DNA of 64,000 bases from Balanoglossus misakiensis (taxonomy: Eukaryota; Animalia; Hemichordata): contig CM082581.2 in NCBI GenBank assembly GCA_040954595.2, positions 7,211,959 through 7,275,958 of the forward strand, read 5' to 3'. Both the position numbers and the translations under genes were made by a program. Below, piece after piece: positions 12,292 through 26,600 of this stretch (within the stretch, counting starts at the first letter, position 1; each line of letters begins with the position of its first letter). The notes beneath the pieces are model-generated. The model saw only the letters and a list, made by a program, of their open reading frames with translations. It made no database searches and was not told the origin of the DNA.

Positions 12292-15200
12292 GCCTTCAGA
12301 ACGGACCTGCAATTCGCCTAGACCGAGCACTCGGGATTAGTGGACTGAAACATCCGCGTCTCCTGTACTCCTTGCTTGAAAATCACCTCTCAAGTGCGCC
12401 GCGCTGTACCAGTCCTACAACTCCGGTCCGTGCTATTTCTCTAATGACCCCTGCCAAGCCGCGGCGAGTGAGTGTTTAATTTCTGAAATGCCCTTTGGCT
12501 CTGGGCGGCCGCTTGCTCGGCGTTTACTCCACAGCTTCCTCTCGGTAATTGGCGAACAAAACAGCCATGGTTTAAGATTTCCGTTCTCGGACAATGCCCC
12601 CGTCGCAAGGAAAGTAAACATGGGAAAAAAATCGCACGCGAAGTAAACAACACGCCAACGGGAAACTGTGTGTACGTACGATGTACGACCTATGGAACAA
12701 GTTCGAAAAATCCGAGTTGACAATTGAACCTATACTGCCCATTCTGTGAAATGTAATATTTCGTAAACACAGTGGCCACACTAAAATTATCCATTTTCTT
12801 GTAAAGTATTTCAGAGAGTTGGTCACAAAGTACTTGGCCACGTTCAAGTTTCTCACCGAATATGTACGCGTACTTTCTCTCTCCGCCTCCACGCGAAAAA
12901 ATACGCCACCAGGCGGTCATGTGCGTAGTAAATAACATTCCACAAGTACAAGTGGCTGGCTGATTAAAAACAAGGCGTACGACTCAAGGCCCTATACATG
13001 TGTGATCCATATGAGTACTTCTACAATTTAATACATTTATTTTGCAAAGACCGAATCCGCGAAAATTAGATGATGGACGTATTGATGTGTTATGTCCATG
13101 TGCGCGTCAACATTATATTAGGATAAATGCAAATTAGCCGCAGCCTTTAAATCCAACGGGCAACTTGACATACCATGCATTTACACTGATGTCCTCCTTC
13201 GACTTGTAAACTTGTAGGGTGGCTGTAAACAATATTTTCATATTTCTGGTGCTGGCACGTCTATTTTTGTGTCACCGACAATACACACGCATATCAAATC
13301 TTTGAGGGGGTCTTGTTCTTCTGGAAAGTCTACGTAACAATCGGGTATCATATGCCGGCCCTATATGAAACAAATCCGGCCGCGGGGTCAAGGGTTATCG
13401 TCTACTTTGAGTGCGAGCGATACAGAGCGCAATTGTGGTCCCACATTGTAATTTCCACTATATAAAAATCGACGCGGGATGTCGCGGCTCCGCAAGAGGA
13501 CATTTGCAAGAATTCAGGCGTATTAACAGACCGCAAGTATTTCAGACAAAACATTTTCATATTAAACTGATACTGAACAGTCAAATCGCTTTCAACCACG
13601 ATATCTGTGCCATTCTCGTGAACCAGCGCCATCTATTCCTCTTCACGCTGAAACCGTTGCCGTAAAGAGGCACGGCAGTGATTTACGACGATGCTCTGTG
13701 CTTCATTCCCATCAGAAAAGATGCAAGTTGCGACAATGTGTCATCAATGACAAACGGCTTCCGGTCTGAGCTGTTTGTAACAATTTTTTGTCACATTATA
13801 GTGATTGAAACATGCCGTTAATTTAGCAAACATTAACTGCGTTGGGCAACGGCGTAGCATAATGTTGCGCCAGGACAGAGAATTTGCCACAATTAAGGTA
13901 TAGCACCACTTGGCACTGGAAAACGAACAGAGGTCATTCAACTTCCCTTTCTAATGTAAATTGTACCTGTGTTAATGCTGGGTGCTCACACTAAACCACT
14001 GTAACCCTGTACTAAAACTATACGATTAGAGTTCAATACCGGTAAAAATTCATTTTTCCATCGAGTGCAGTTTCTTGTCCGGCTCACTCAAGCATGGCGT
14101 ACTAAATGCCCAGTCTTTTCAGCGGTTGAACACAGCTCATATATATGAGCACACTCACGACGTCATTGTTGTAAAACTGAATAACACGCCAACAATAGCA
14201 ATGATTGTTGCACACAGAATGCCGAGTGTTTTTAGCATGCTATAGCGAGTGGAAAATGAAACTGTACTTGACACACAGCGTAAAGGTGCCGAAAAATATC
14301 CAAAGACACGGCTAATCGCATTCAGTCATGGCTGGAATTTCACGACAGGTCTTGGCCCGACCTGCACCTCTGCTGCGGACAACATGCACAACGTCACCGC
14401 AGGGCAAATTATTGCGACCAACGCAACCTTCGCAGTGCCTCGATAGGTCTCGGATGTGCCATGCATCGGATTTTCTTTTCATTTGGTCAAATCACTCCAC
14501 CTTCAATCGCCCCCCACCTATTCACTCCTTTGTGTTTCCATATAGTGGATAGCTGAAAATAGTCCTTTCTTCTGGACGTTGCAGGGGGCCAAGATTTGGC
14601 GGACAAAGACAATAGCGGGCCGTACACCGATGGTTGATATCGGATTAATCGGTCAGAATGTGCACGGCTTAGAGTCCCTGTCACGCTATCCCTTTTTCCT
14701 GCTATTCACGCCAAGGAAACGATGGATAATAACACGGTTGACTTCAATATTCAAATTCGGCCAACTTCCCTGTTAACTCGTCGGTTGTGATATAAGCATT
14801 GCGGGGTCCTTGAGAAATACTGCACATCATCATCATCATCACCAAATTTCAAATACATGTTAAAACAGAGGCTAAGACAAAGCTACTTGTACAATTGCTA
14901 TGCCTAAAACCACCTTACATGTATGTCTGAACCTTTGAAGGCAAAAGATCATCCATTTTCCAACATTATGCTGGTTATGTTTAACCTTTTAATAATAGAT
15001 TACTTAATGTGATTCTCCATACTTAAACATGTTTGATGACTGGGTAATTTTACCATTGGCTTCACAGCGAGAAATTTTCTTGTTTTCTCAAGTTTAGGTC
15101 TGTGTAGTCTGTGCGCATCTTGATTTTTAAATGCTAACATTAACACCAATGCCAGTAACTTTAATTTCGAATTGAAATATAGAAGTCGTAAACTGCGAAC

Positions 15201-16718
15201 AAAGCGCGGAATAATGACATCGTTTTATCACCGTCGTGACTGGGAGCTGAAAAGCAGGGTGAATGGGGGGAGTCCGAAGAAGCCAACCGTCTCATCTTGC
15301 ATTCGAATAAAAGATCTGCCTGCCTTTCTCTACCCATGGTTAGCGCACAATAGCGGTAATAAGTTGGGCAGGTGCCGGGGGTGTCAAATCAGAGGAGCAT
15401 CATTGAAGGAAGGCTTTTCGCGCTGTGTGGTTTGCTCGCAGCCCGGACTTAGGGAACCCTGGTTGCCGCACGGGTTTTCCTTGAGACCGCGTCTGAATCG
15501 CGCGACACAATTGTAGGGCTAAACTGTGCGTTACCCACTCGCTGGTTTCAAACAATACCTTTTTATAGACAGCCTGAATAATTTTAATGCGATTCAGTTT
15601 CATATTCCCCGAGACCTGACCTCGAAAATGACCACACGCAGGTAAGGGAATAATAATAAACACCTGTGTGGGGGCCCTTGCAAAGGAGGGAGAAGTTACC
15701 AGCACGATTTTGACAGCGAAGCATGTGAGCACTGGTTTCCCTTGTCGACCGGTGGTTTAGCCAACATGGGATTCGCCAGGAATGCGTGCTGCTTGTTTCG
15801 CGTAAACAGTTCGTGCTTTGATCATTTAAGTCCCCGTCGGTGGGTCGATTTAACCAGGGGCAGGTTAATCGCGAAGAAATGACGGTTCTTGACAGTGCAA
15901 TGCGCAATATGCGCTCGGTTATTTGGTCGTCGTCTCTCCGCCAAAGTTGCAACAATGCAGCGGTGGTGCGCGGAGGCCACGGTGTGACACAGGGCGCAGC
16001 GTGGGATGCATGTAAACACAGGCCGAGAGTAGTGCCCAGAATGGCGAGCTTGCATGTGAGAGACACACGCCAGATCAGCGACACATTTAAAGTATACAAC
16101 TTACTTCTGGCCGAGGTTTCCCGGTCATGGCTCCCCAGAAGTCGCCGCCATCTGCGCGGCGGCGCAAATCAACCTGAAGTCGAGCTGCGCGGTGAACCCC
16201 GGTGCAATATGGTCACATCCCATACCACACGGTGGTGCCAGCAAACACGCCCATCAAACTCCCTCACGCGGTGGTGTAAAACTTGTCACCTTTAGTGTTG
16301 CAGTTGGTCACAAACCCTGAGAAAAGAAGTAGAAGAAATCGGTGTGAATGAGATCACAGTACTGACAAGTCAAATTCTGCCTCTGTGAGAGGCAATTGCA
16401 TTATTAATAAATTCACTTACCGGCCAGGGTAACTCGATATGGGCAATTCAAAAGCATGTGTGCTCGCTCATATTTGCGCACGCACTGCCCACCTCGCGAA
16501 CAACAGCAATGAATGATAATACCGGAAACGCTAAAAAGATCTCACCGTCTTCAGTCCAAATTATCAAACAAGTCCGATTGAATAACTGAGCGGTAAATCT
16601 TCCCCTTTTTGTGAGCTAAGTCGCTCGTAATAACCTCTCTTGGGCCCGTTTCAGAAGAAGGGTACTAATTCACCACGAAGCTGTCACAGGCCATTTCTGA
16701 AGATTTGAGAGAGATTAA

Positions 16719-17513
16719 GATGGGTCCCTAGGATCTTTTTGCTCGTTGCTATGGGCCTTTATAGGACACTACACTCAATTTTGATCGAAACCGTTTTGAA
16801 CATCCGACAAGGGGCTTGTAACTAGTTAAAAATGCACACGATTGTGTGCACACCCCCTGTCCGAGTATGTTTAAGGCAGCTACCGCCCGGCCATAGGCCA
16901 CCACGCTAATACGGCAAAGCAGCGGTCAGCGATAGCGTGCGCGTCCTGTAACCACAGTAACTGGATCGAACGCTAAAAATCCAATGTTTTGTACACAGAG
17001 ATTTTGTACCGTTCACGAAAATCCCTAAGGCTTTTTTCACAGGCGACGTAGGCCAGCCAAATTTGACCTGCTTGTTGAGAACGCACTTCCGCATAGTGTG
17101 ACGGATCGTTTTTTCGGTTTTCGTCGCGCTAAGAAGCGATACCAGTGGAAGAGTGCGTCCAAAAACACCCAAAATCGATGACTTTTTCAGGTGTGATACG
17201 GGTATGCTGAAATCGTAGGATACAACGATAATATTCGAAAACAAAATCCGTCACGATCTTCCCTGGTTCAAGCAACTAATGAATACGTATCAAGTTCGTT
17301 TTTGAGGTCACGGAATAAAAAGCCTTAGGCTTTTGAAATTTGACCTAACTAATTTGCATATCAATGGCGTCAGGGGGCGCGCGCTCACAATCGTGCGTAT
17401 TTTCAACTAGTTACCAGCCCCTTGTTAGACTCTGAAAACGGCTTAGTCCAAATCGGGGTGTAATGTCCTATAAAGGCCCATAGCAACGGGCAAAAAGATC
17501 CTAGGGACCCATC
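16719..17513. mobile_element. Non-autonomous DNA transposon (MITE), Kolobok-type, 795 bp
   Basis: TTAA at 16715-16718 and 17514-17517. TIRs begin GATGGGTCCCTAGGATCTTTTTGC, are nearly perfect for about 55 bp and alignable for about 140 bp (16719-16859 vs 17370-17513). TTAA TSD with 5'-RR termini is the Kolobok signature (piggyBac begins with YY). No internal coding capacity. Confidence 0.88.
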
Positions 17514-20500
17514 TTAACTCGCCAGCGACAGTAATATGATTTGTTGGTGTGCCAATAAAATAGTGTGCTTTGTTTCCCACACACGTGATGAGTTGGCGCT
17601 GTGAGAGAATTTGTCACACGTGATTTATTCAGACTTTCATTTTTTGTGTGGAGGTGGGCGTGGCGGTTTCTGTATGTACACACATCAACATTTTAGTGTC
17701 TGGTGCAGCGAGCGCCGTCGTTCCCACGGTAACAGCCAAACACATCGCCGTATCTGTTTGCCTTTTTGCTTAGAAGGCATCGGTCTTTGAAAGACCGTTT
17801 TGGGCGACAGCAAGGTCTGTATAAAAATACAGTATTTGAACAGTCAGCCTCTAACTTGCACGTGCACGACGGGCATGCGCAGTGAATAGTGCTCACCTTG
17901 AAACTTTGAAGTTGTTTTTTTCATGGGGGGGGGGGTCTTTCGGCCGAGAACAACTAACCCCGGTACAAGGTACCTTTTCGATTCCAAGCAATCAATGACA
18001 TGCGATGAAAAAATGAATAGTGCAAAATTGTATGGCAAGGTTATAACGAGAGGGGGTCGGCTGGATAGATTGAGGGGTGGGGGTGGCAGGGCCATTTTAC
18101 AAACTTGCCCTAGGGGAGGGTCACATTTAGGATTTGAAATTTGGCAACATGGTGTCAAATTCCACTCTGTAACAGTAAAAATAAGTGAAGTCAAGTTGTT
18201 GTGCATCAGACGTGTCAAGGAGATTGTCATTTTCCCCCTGATATGTGGTGACGCTAATCTAAATAGCATAACAAGTTCAATTTAACAAATTTGGAAGTAA
18301 TATAACTGAAGAAACCAGAAGGTGCAGAGAATGTCAAAAAGCAATGTCCGTGTTGAAAACAATTATTTTCCACCCACTTTCATCAGGATACAAGTTTTGC
18401 TGGCCAAATTGCCCAAAGTTACAACGATAGTGGAGCTTTAATGTGGCCACCGTGTTTACGCGACAGAATGTGGTGCATTGCACGTGTACACCAAGAGGGA
18501 AGATCCGTCAATCATTCCGGCGCGTACCAGCGAGCAGAAAAAATACGAAATGTTGCTTTTTGGTAATAAGCAAACAACCAATGAGAACAAATGGCGAATA
18601 TTCTGTGACCTCTCTAACATATGTCGATTATCATGACAAATGACACCACCACATACCACGGGGGTTGGCGCTCATTCAAGACGGGCAAACAATAACAAGC
18701 CCGGCGATGAAGACGTGGAAGGTCTTTGGCTGATGTAGATCCAATTTGGGTGGTTTCTTCGTCGTCACTTCTCTCAGGTGGAGGCCACAATACTTTTTTC
18801 TTTGACTAGTCTACTGAACGACAAAAACAATGTTCGCGCCCGGGGCACTTTTTTTTTCTCGCGGGAGGCGGCGCCTCGCTGTAGCCGCACCATTTTGATG
18901 TTATGCACGATGTCGTCCCAACTTTTTTTTAGGTCGCGGGATTCTTCAGTCGCCGGCCTAAGCACTTTCCATCGATCATAATTAGAATGAATAAATTAGC
19001 TTATCTGGTTATCTCCAATTTTAATATAAAGCTAAAATGAGATTTTCCCTCCAATTTATGAGGTCGGCGACCTTTTTTTCTACTTGTGCTAGGAAAAGAT
19101 GACTCCAGCTGGTGAAGCGACGAAGTTTATAAAGTTTCTGTTCTATAAGAATCTACAATAAGTGCAATAATGCAGAAACTGTGGGTATTTTCTTTTGGCT
19201 GGCCCGGGCCGCGTTCACGTTATCTGCCCACGAAAACCGGATTCTTTGGAAAAGGAAAAAAAAAAGTTCAATCAAACTCATATTTCTGTATTTTACACAT
19301 GTAAAAGTGTGGGAAGTCGTTTGTTTGGAACACTTCTTCTCGCGAGAACTGCGACGAGATAATTCTCAATGAGAGGAGTCAATATACCTTGAATAAGTTG
19401 GCGTCAATCGGATCGGGAAAAACAAGCCCCGCGGGAACAAAAGATAGCGTTAGTGTGCATAATTTTCTATTCATTCGCCGTGTAAAAGTGTTTGAGCGTT
19501 GCGCAATGGTGTTGCGCAATGGCAGACAGTTACGATGCGGCCCAACATTGATTTCTGAATCACCTCATCACAGGTTGTCCTCGTTTCGGTGCGGTGGCCA
19601 TTTTCTACCGCGGAACAACAGACGGTGGAAGCCGGCCCCCAAACAAATCTAAACACGGCTGGGGACGAAAACAAGACACAGCCCCTGCACAAATGCCCTG
19701 AGTGGGCGCATTTGAAAGTCATGAGTGTTGTAGCTTTGAGCACTGCTACCGTACAAGGGGGCACCTCTCGAGCACAAAGGGGAATCGATGAAAACACGGC
19801 AGCATATTGTCTAAACAGTCACAAAGTCCTCTATGTGGTTTCCGTCTTGTCCCCGTGTTCCGGGCCGAGCCCGAGCCTCAAATGGAACGGCGAACGCAAC
19901 CGACGCCTTGCCCTTTCCTCTCGGCAGTCGCATCGACGGCACCCGGTCCCCGTTTGACATTTTATAACGGTCTGATCGTAGGAAAATTAAAAGTTATGGG
20001 GATTATGGGATTTCGCCGACAACAAAAGAGCGGTAATAAGGTGACAATGGGGCCCAACAAAGAAAAACTAAGGGCCCGAGCCCTCTCAATTCTACGTGTC
20101 ATGAACTACGAGAGGGAAACGGTTCCGGTCGGCATCAACTTCAGAATTCAAACAATAACCTTACCAAATATACAAATTGACCTGTCATTCGCCTACTCGC
20201 ATCCAAACAGGGCCAAATCTCGGGAGCTTTCAGCCAAGGGTCTAGTGGGTGCAGCCATTCACTTACTCCGCGGATTCTCGGCAGCAGATTATGTACAGCT
20301 TGTGATTCTCGCTAAACAAATCTTCTCTATTCTGGAGCTTTTAAAGACTGTCAAGAATGTACCCTCTTAGCAAGCAGACTTGGATATTCTCTCAGCGCAT
20401 ATGGGTCGCCGGTTATATGTATATTCATACACTAATCGGACAGAAATTGCTCCCACGCCCCGACATTATGATATAGTCTGAGAAAAATTAAAACAGCCGC

Positions 20501-22431
20501 GTACTCGACGCTCGATCCATGCCTGCTCAGAATGTTTGTTCGGGACATGAAGTGAGTAAGGATTTAATCCGCGGGTTTGTTTACAGGTTGAAAGTGAAAT
20601 CAACTCGTGGACCAGCAGACGGGGGCGTTACGGGACAAACACACCATTAAAACATAGCGTATACGGAGCACGAAGCTGTTTAAGTAAGGGTTCACATGTA
20701 CGTTGTGGGCTGGTTCCCCGCTCAATGCAGGTATAGAAAACCTCGACGCGCGGTTTGAATGAATGAAAATTTCAAAAGGGAGAACAACAACGAGCTAGTA
20801 AATAGAGCGTCGTTGTTTAAGAGATTGGAACACATACCTTTTACCTCGGCTGTAGCGACTTGTCTTATGTCTGTGTGTGGCACCGCAAATGAACTCAGGT
20901 AAACCGGGCGCACACGTAACACCTGCCTGGCAATTGTGAGTACAGGTCACACGAAGCCAGGAGACCGTTTGTGTGTTTTGTTTTTTTTTCTCACGAGAAA
21001 TCTTGACTGCCTGCGCTACTGGCAGACGCGTCCGGTGGCGACACGCTGTGTCATTTGACGTGCGACGGTCGATCGCACTATATATACGTTTGTAGTTCTC
21101 AGTGCGGAGGGTCGGGCGTTGGTGTGAGCAGAGCGCCAACTGGTGGACCCGTCCGGTTCTGAAGTTCGCCCTCGAGTACTGACTGCCCAGTGTGCTGCGG
21201 TGCGGTGGCTAGCTGTCCTAAGGTCTGTTACGTAAGTTACAGACTAGCTCTACGCCCAGGAAGAAAAGGCCGCACAAAAGCACAGCAATTTCGCCCCGTT
21301 TACGACCCTTTGTTGAGTCAAAATGGCGATCTCAAAGCCGCACACACAAACCTGTCCCCAAAGAAAATAATGCCCCAAAATTAATTGCTGAGAAAATATT
21401 TGGATTACTTTCGGCCTTTTGTCATGCACGCATGCAAGACCTTCCTCATGAATATGAATCTGTCAAGTGAGTGTTTGAAATCACTCAATTTGACTGCCAC
21501 CTTTTTTTTGCTGGACTAATGCAGCTTAAACACCATAGCCGTTCTCAATTTTAATGTTATTGACATCTTCGCTGTTTACAACTCGCTCCAACAATTCGAA
21601 CCCCACTGGGAGATGTATATACACAGCATTACCGAGGTCGCCAACCCGACACTGTGACAACAACGCGACGCCCTAGCATTCCCAGGCCGGCCTTGTGAGC
21701 CATACAGCTTCGAATTCGCAGAATCGTCGTGCAAATCAAACAAAAACACTTTCTGATCAACAACATCCCTCTGTGTGCGTGGATTCAGACGATGGACTTC
21801 TTGAAATTCGATTGAACCAGGACAATTTATTCATACTTGGTAACTAACTTCCCACCTTTCCAAACATGTTTCGCGCTCATCGAAAAAAAATTGTCTCTCT
21901 CAGCTGTAAAATCGATTTATCGATCAACCTGTCTTGCGATCGAGGTCTCTAGTGGCCGTAAGACAATGGGTCGTTTTTAAATGCGCTTGTCCACTTTTTA
22001 TTTTGCCGCAATCATTTTCCAGTTAACCCCCTTTTGAACCCACGCAGAAATCGAAATGTTCAGACAGAGTGGTTTTTAATTACAAAATGTTCCCCGGCGA
22101 AAAAAACACCTGTCCGTCGCCGCGGCCGTCCTCGAGGAGTTTTGTTTACTCGCGCACGGCGTTCGCCCGGGCAGCTGAGTCGTGTGAGCGCACCGCGGCG
22201 GCGGTTGAAAGCGCGGTCAGAAAATCCGCACGCACGTACAGGTGATGCTATTTTTGTCAGCATGCCCCGAAGACTTGGCTGGCTCATGAAATATTAGTGC
22301 GGCTTCACAATTGTGAGAAAGGCCAGTGATGGTGATATGTGAACTGCGGGGCACACAGGCCAATACCCTCTGCGTACCTCCGCAGTCCGATTCAACCGTG
22401 CGAAAAAGTGGCCTGCCAAAACACAAAGTTA

Positions 22432-22467
<36 letters not shown>

Positions 22468-22478
22468 CGGCAACAACA
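22432..22478. repeat. (AAC)n microsatellite
   Basis: Direct reading. Confidence 0.95.
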
Positions 22479-23617
22479 TCTCCGCACTTGAAGCTAACGA
22501 AAACAAAATAAAACTGACGATCTCATCTGTCATAATCTTTACAATTTCTGCTACAGGGTGACATGTAATTTTTTAGTATCTCCATCATAATATCAGGGGA
22601 GAGGATCTTTACGAAAAGGTACACGTAACGATGGAAGAAGGGTGATGTTAGAGTAGATTGATTGATTCGTAAGACAAAGGCAACTGTGCAAATAAATTAT
22701 GCTAAACACAAAGACGCAACCTGTTTATTTCGCAAATCGCACAAAACACCCTTAAATGTCTTGTTTGGGGTATCGATTCAATTCTGTATTGCCATCTTGG
22801 GTGGATGGGCACTGATCCCAGGAACAATGGCAACACATGTATTTACGGAACGGTACAGGGACCGTATTAACGGTTTCTTCTTGAGACGATTGTGTAGTTT
22901 GCTAGCACTTCATCCGCCGGAAATGACGTTTTTTTGCTGGTGTTATTAAGCTCTAACTTTGGCAGTTTGTTGGGTGGGGGGGGGGGGGCACATTGCAGTG
23001 ACTCGCTCACATCCATCGGAACGCAAGTTAAGAAAACATAGTATACGCAACACAGCCAGAACAACTTAAAGATTTTGAACTATTTCCAATGCAAAATATG
23101 GCTTTCTTCACATTTGTTTTCCGGGTGAGAATTCAACCCTAGATGCACACAAAACAAACTGTGACTATTTAGCTGTGAGATTATCTCTTCTTTTAAGTGC
23201 TTTCTCGCGTCAGTACTTGGAGTCAACATTGGAAACGACGACTCCTGCTTGTTGGGGGCCGACGGCAAGATAAATTGAAAAGCACACATTTGCTTTGGAA
23301 ACGTCGGAACAATGGAAGCATTCGTAGAAAAATATGTAAGCTATTGTAAGCGCTTGTTGATGTCACACACAACTTTGTTGAAAGTACTAGTCTTCTAATG
23401 ATTTACGTCACTGCAAACTAGAGCTTCGCACCATTCCTTTCAAACACTGAAGCTCCGATTCTTCAATTCGGAGTGACAAGCCCACCAGTAGGTGATCATG
23501 TTGAATGTCAAAAGAGCGGACATTGGTCGAGTAGGGATTTGAGCGCCATCTACGACCATTCTTACTCAGCCCTGCTGAATTTTTTCCATGTGCAAACTGT
23601 GTCCACCACATGCCTCC

Positions 23618-23667
23618 GCCACCACCGCCACCACCACCACCACCACCACCACCAACAACAACAACAA
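23618..23667. repeat. Compound (CAC)n(CAA)n microsatellite
   Basis: Direct reading; it explains the poly-His/Gln ORF at 23473. Confidence 0.93.
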
Positions 23668-26600
23668 TTCGTTTTCATCAACATCTGTACAATAATTGAA
23701 AAACAAAAACAATTACAAGATGAACGCAGTGTTTTTGCCTAGATGTACTAGTTTTTATCTCACCATCAAAATCGACAAGTTTGGATATTTATGGAACTCT
23801 CTTCATCTATTGACAGGTCTCCTCTCCAGAAAACTTATACAAAGCAACGACAGCAAGAAAAGCAGACAGAAATGGAGACAGCGGACGGAACGAAGAATGA
23901 AGGAAGGAGGAAAAGAAAGGATATCTCGAGAGAGACGTGTTTATGAAATTGGTAAGCAAAAAATTCTGAACACCTATAAGCTTACCTGACTTGTGTTTCT
24001 CTGAAACGGCGCCCTCTGTAGGTACATGTAGGTAAACTGGTTGTGTTGGCCGTGCAGTTTGTTACGGCGAGACGAAAGCGTGAATGAGTTCTAGTACAAA
24101 TTCTACAATGCAAGTATTAAATTGATAATTAATCTCACATTTTTTCAATAGGAGAAATGTTCCGTTCACAGTGACGTCAACCCTTTGCTCGAGAGCTGAT
24201 GAGCTTTAACATTGGTGATTAAAGTTTTGCGGGAGTGAGATAGAGAGAGCCTGTGTGGTCGAAGGTGAGCTTGATCTGGAATAGATACTGTCTAAAAATA
24301 CCCCCTTCCCAAATATGACGAGATAACGACGTTTGCGGGAAAAGACCCCGACATATGTTCTGTGGAATTTTCAGATTTTACTCCGGGGTTATTTTTATGC
24401 AAGAGTGGTTGCTGCCAGCCACGAATCAATGATTTCCGGTGTAATTTATGGATAGCTTCCGGCGATGACACATGTTTCGGATTGTCCGTCCAGATATGAA
24501 TGGGAATACTTGTATGTTATTCTGAATTGAACTTCGTGACCCGCGGATTCCTTTGGTTCGTGATATATTTCACCTGCTCTTGGTCTGCAGTCTGGTCCCC
24601 ATCCCCAGTTCCAATATCTCGGGTTTGGCCGGTGGGGGCATCAGTCGTTTTGGAGGCTCTGTTACTGACTGACACCCGTTGGCGGCCAGGCACTTTCTCG
24701 ACATACTAAGTCGAAAGTGTCCGACTTCAGCTGCACCTAAATCCGCCATATAAACGCATATACAATAATAACTGTCGCTCTCCTGTCCCAATCAGGACAG
24801 CAGCAATATACATGGAAAGTGACTCGTGTGATTCGTCTGAATAAAAAACTGCAACCTTTTTTTTCACTTAAGGCATCGCCTTTCTGTGGGTCCAGGCCTG
24901 GACAGCACATCGACGGTTATTTGAACGTGCTTTCGGAGGCGCCGCCGCTACCAAAGCCGGACATTCTCGAAATACACCGAGGACTACACGTGACCAGGGT
25001 CTCCAACTTGTTACACAGGTCAGTTCATCATTACTTTCTGACCAATCGGTGTCCAAGATTATCGGACACCTGTTTAGGTCTATCATATAAGGTGTATAGT
25101 CCATGGGGTCAGATAAGGGAGATTTGGTGGTGAAAAGCAATGATATGTCTCGCTGTCAATAAAATCCTAGACAGGAGGAAAAGAATCGATTCAATCATTG
25201 TGTATAGCCGCGACGCATACCCCGATGCCAAACTAGCATTATGGCGCCGCCAGCGTTGTGGTTTATCCTAACTGTGGCGATATGGAACATTGTTTATTTT
25301 TTCGCTGTATCGCTCGTGTTTTCAAGATAACTACGGCGCCAAATATTGGTGATAGGCAGGAGGGGTTAAGAGGTAGTTATACATTCTCCATAAAATAGTT
25401 CCAAGTTTTGTAGTAATAGAAGTCTTGATAAAATAGCTATTTTAAAAATAGTAGACTTTCTTGAAAGTGGACGTTTTAAGTAAAACACACGGAATCAACA
25501 ACACGGCCATGTGTGCCAACGACCATACTTTTAGTCAGTGTTATCGCGAAAATTGACAACCTGTGGAAGGGTTTATTCCGACCACAGATAACGTACAGAA
25601 TGCGGTCGTTACGACGGTCACGCCAGTATGTACAAGCAGAAATCAAATCTGTAGACGTGCTCGTGCGCCCCCAATAGTGCAAAAGTAATATTCTTTTGTC
25701 TCTATCAGCCCCCCCCCCCCCAAGTGTGTGTGGAGGGACTGTGATTTCGCTGACATATTCACACCCGCACTCCCACGCACGCACAGAACACACCTTGAGA
25801 CAAATATGTTGATATAAGACTAAATGCCTGTCCTGTAATATCCTTTTTCACCAAGGATGTCTATTAAAAAGAGCGACAAATTAAACTGAAGTGGTAGTTA
25901 GGCGTTTTGTTCAATTGAACGACCTCCACAATTAATGCCAGTTTTATGGCCAGTTTCATGACTTTTTCCAAATATTTAACTCCGTTTGATGACCGAACGA
26001 GTTGTTTCGGCGCCCTATTGATAGCAATTTTATTTTTAACTGTTTTTATCATTCGTCTCACCGACCTGTTTATCGAGCTGTTGCCAAATGATTCGGCACC
26101 GCCTTTGTCACAAACGGCCGCCAAAGGTACGCGTCATCACGTGAAGGATTCGGAGCTCGACGGCGGGAACTTTCGGGTAGAGAGTTCGAGTCGGCGACTC
26201 CTTCGACCTCACTCAGGCTGCCAGCGAGAGCTTGTCTCCCCGAGTGCAGTAGTGTACCCGGGCGCGGTAAACAAGGATACCGTTGCGGTTTCCCGATGAT
26301 ATTATTGCGTCGTCCATGCGCCCAATTTGACCCCGATTGCCTTGTTGACCGTCCCCCGAGCTCTTCAGTCACCCCGACAAATTCCAAGGAGCGGTGGCGG
26401 TTGTCGCAGCACCGGCGATGCTTTGACTCTGTCAGTACAGCCACCACCAGGGTGTCGCTTCGGTCATTTCATTCCAAACCAGAACGGGGTACAATCGTAA
26501 CTTTGGAGTGCACGAGAACCGCCTCTCTTAATTTGTACTCGAGGTCGCGCAAAACAAGTTTATTCGGCCATTGGACGCCCATAAACTTCGTATTGGCGGG

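Noticed and set aside
15840-16295. 151-aa ORF containing KVYN (HMBOX1-like)
   Set aside because: Not followed by WF.NRR; a coincidental 4-mer.
19807-20370. 187-aa + ORF
   Set aside because: Non-ATG start, no recognisable domain and no convincing splice context; cannot be supported without a search.
26340-26365. SGDGQ on the minus strand as a Kolobok GDGRxDSPG catalytic motif
   Set aside because: DSPG is missing and the spacing from the Cys-rich segment looks too long.
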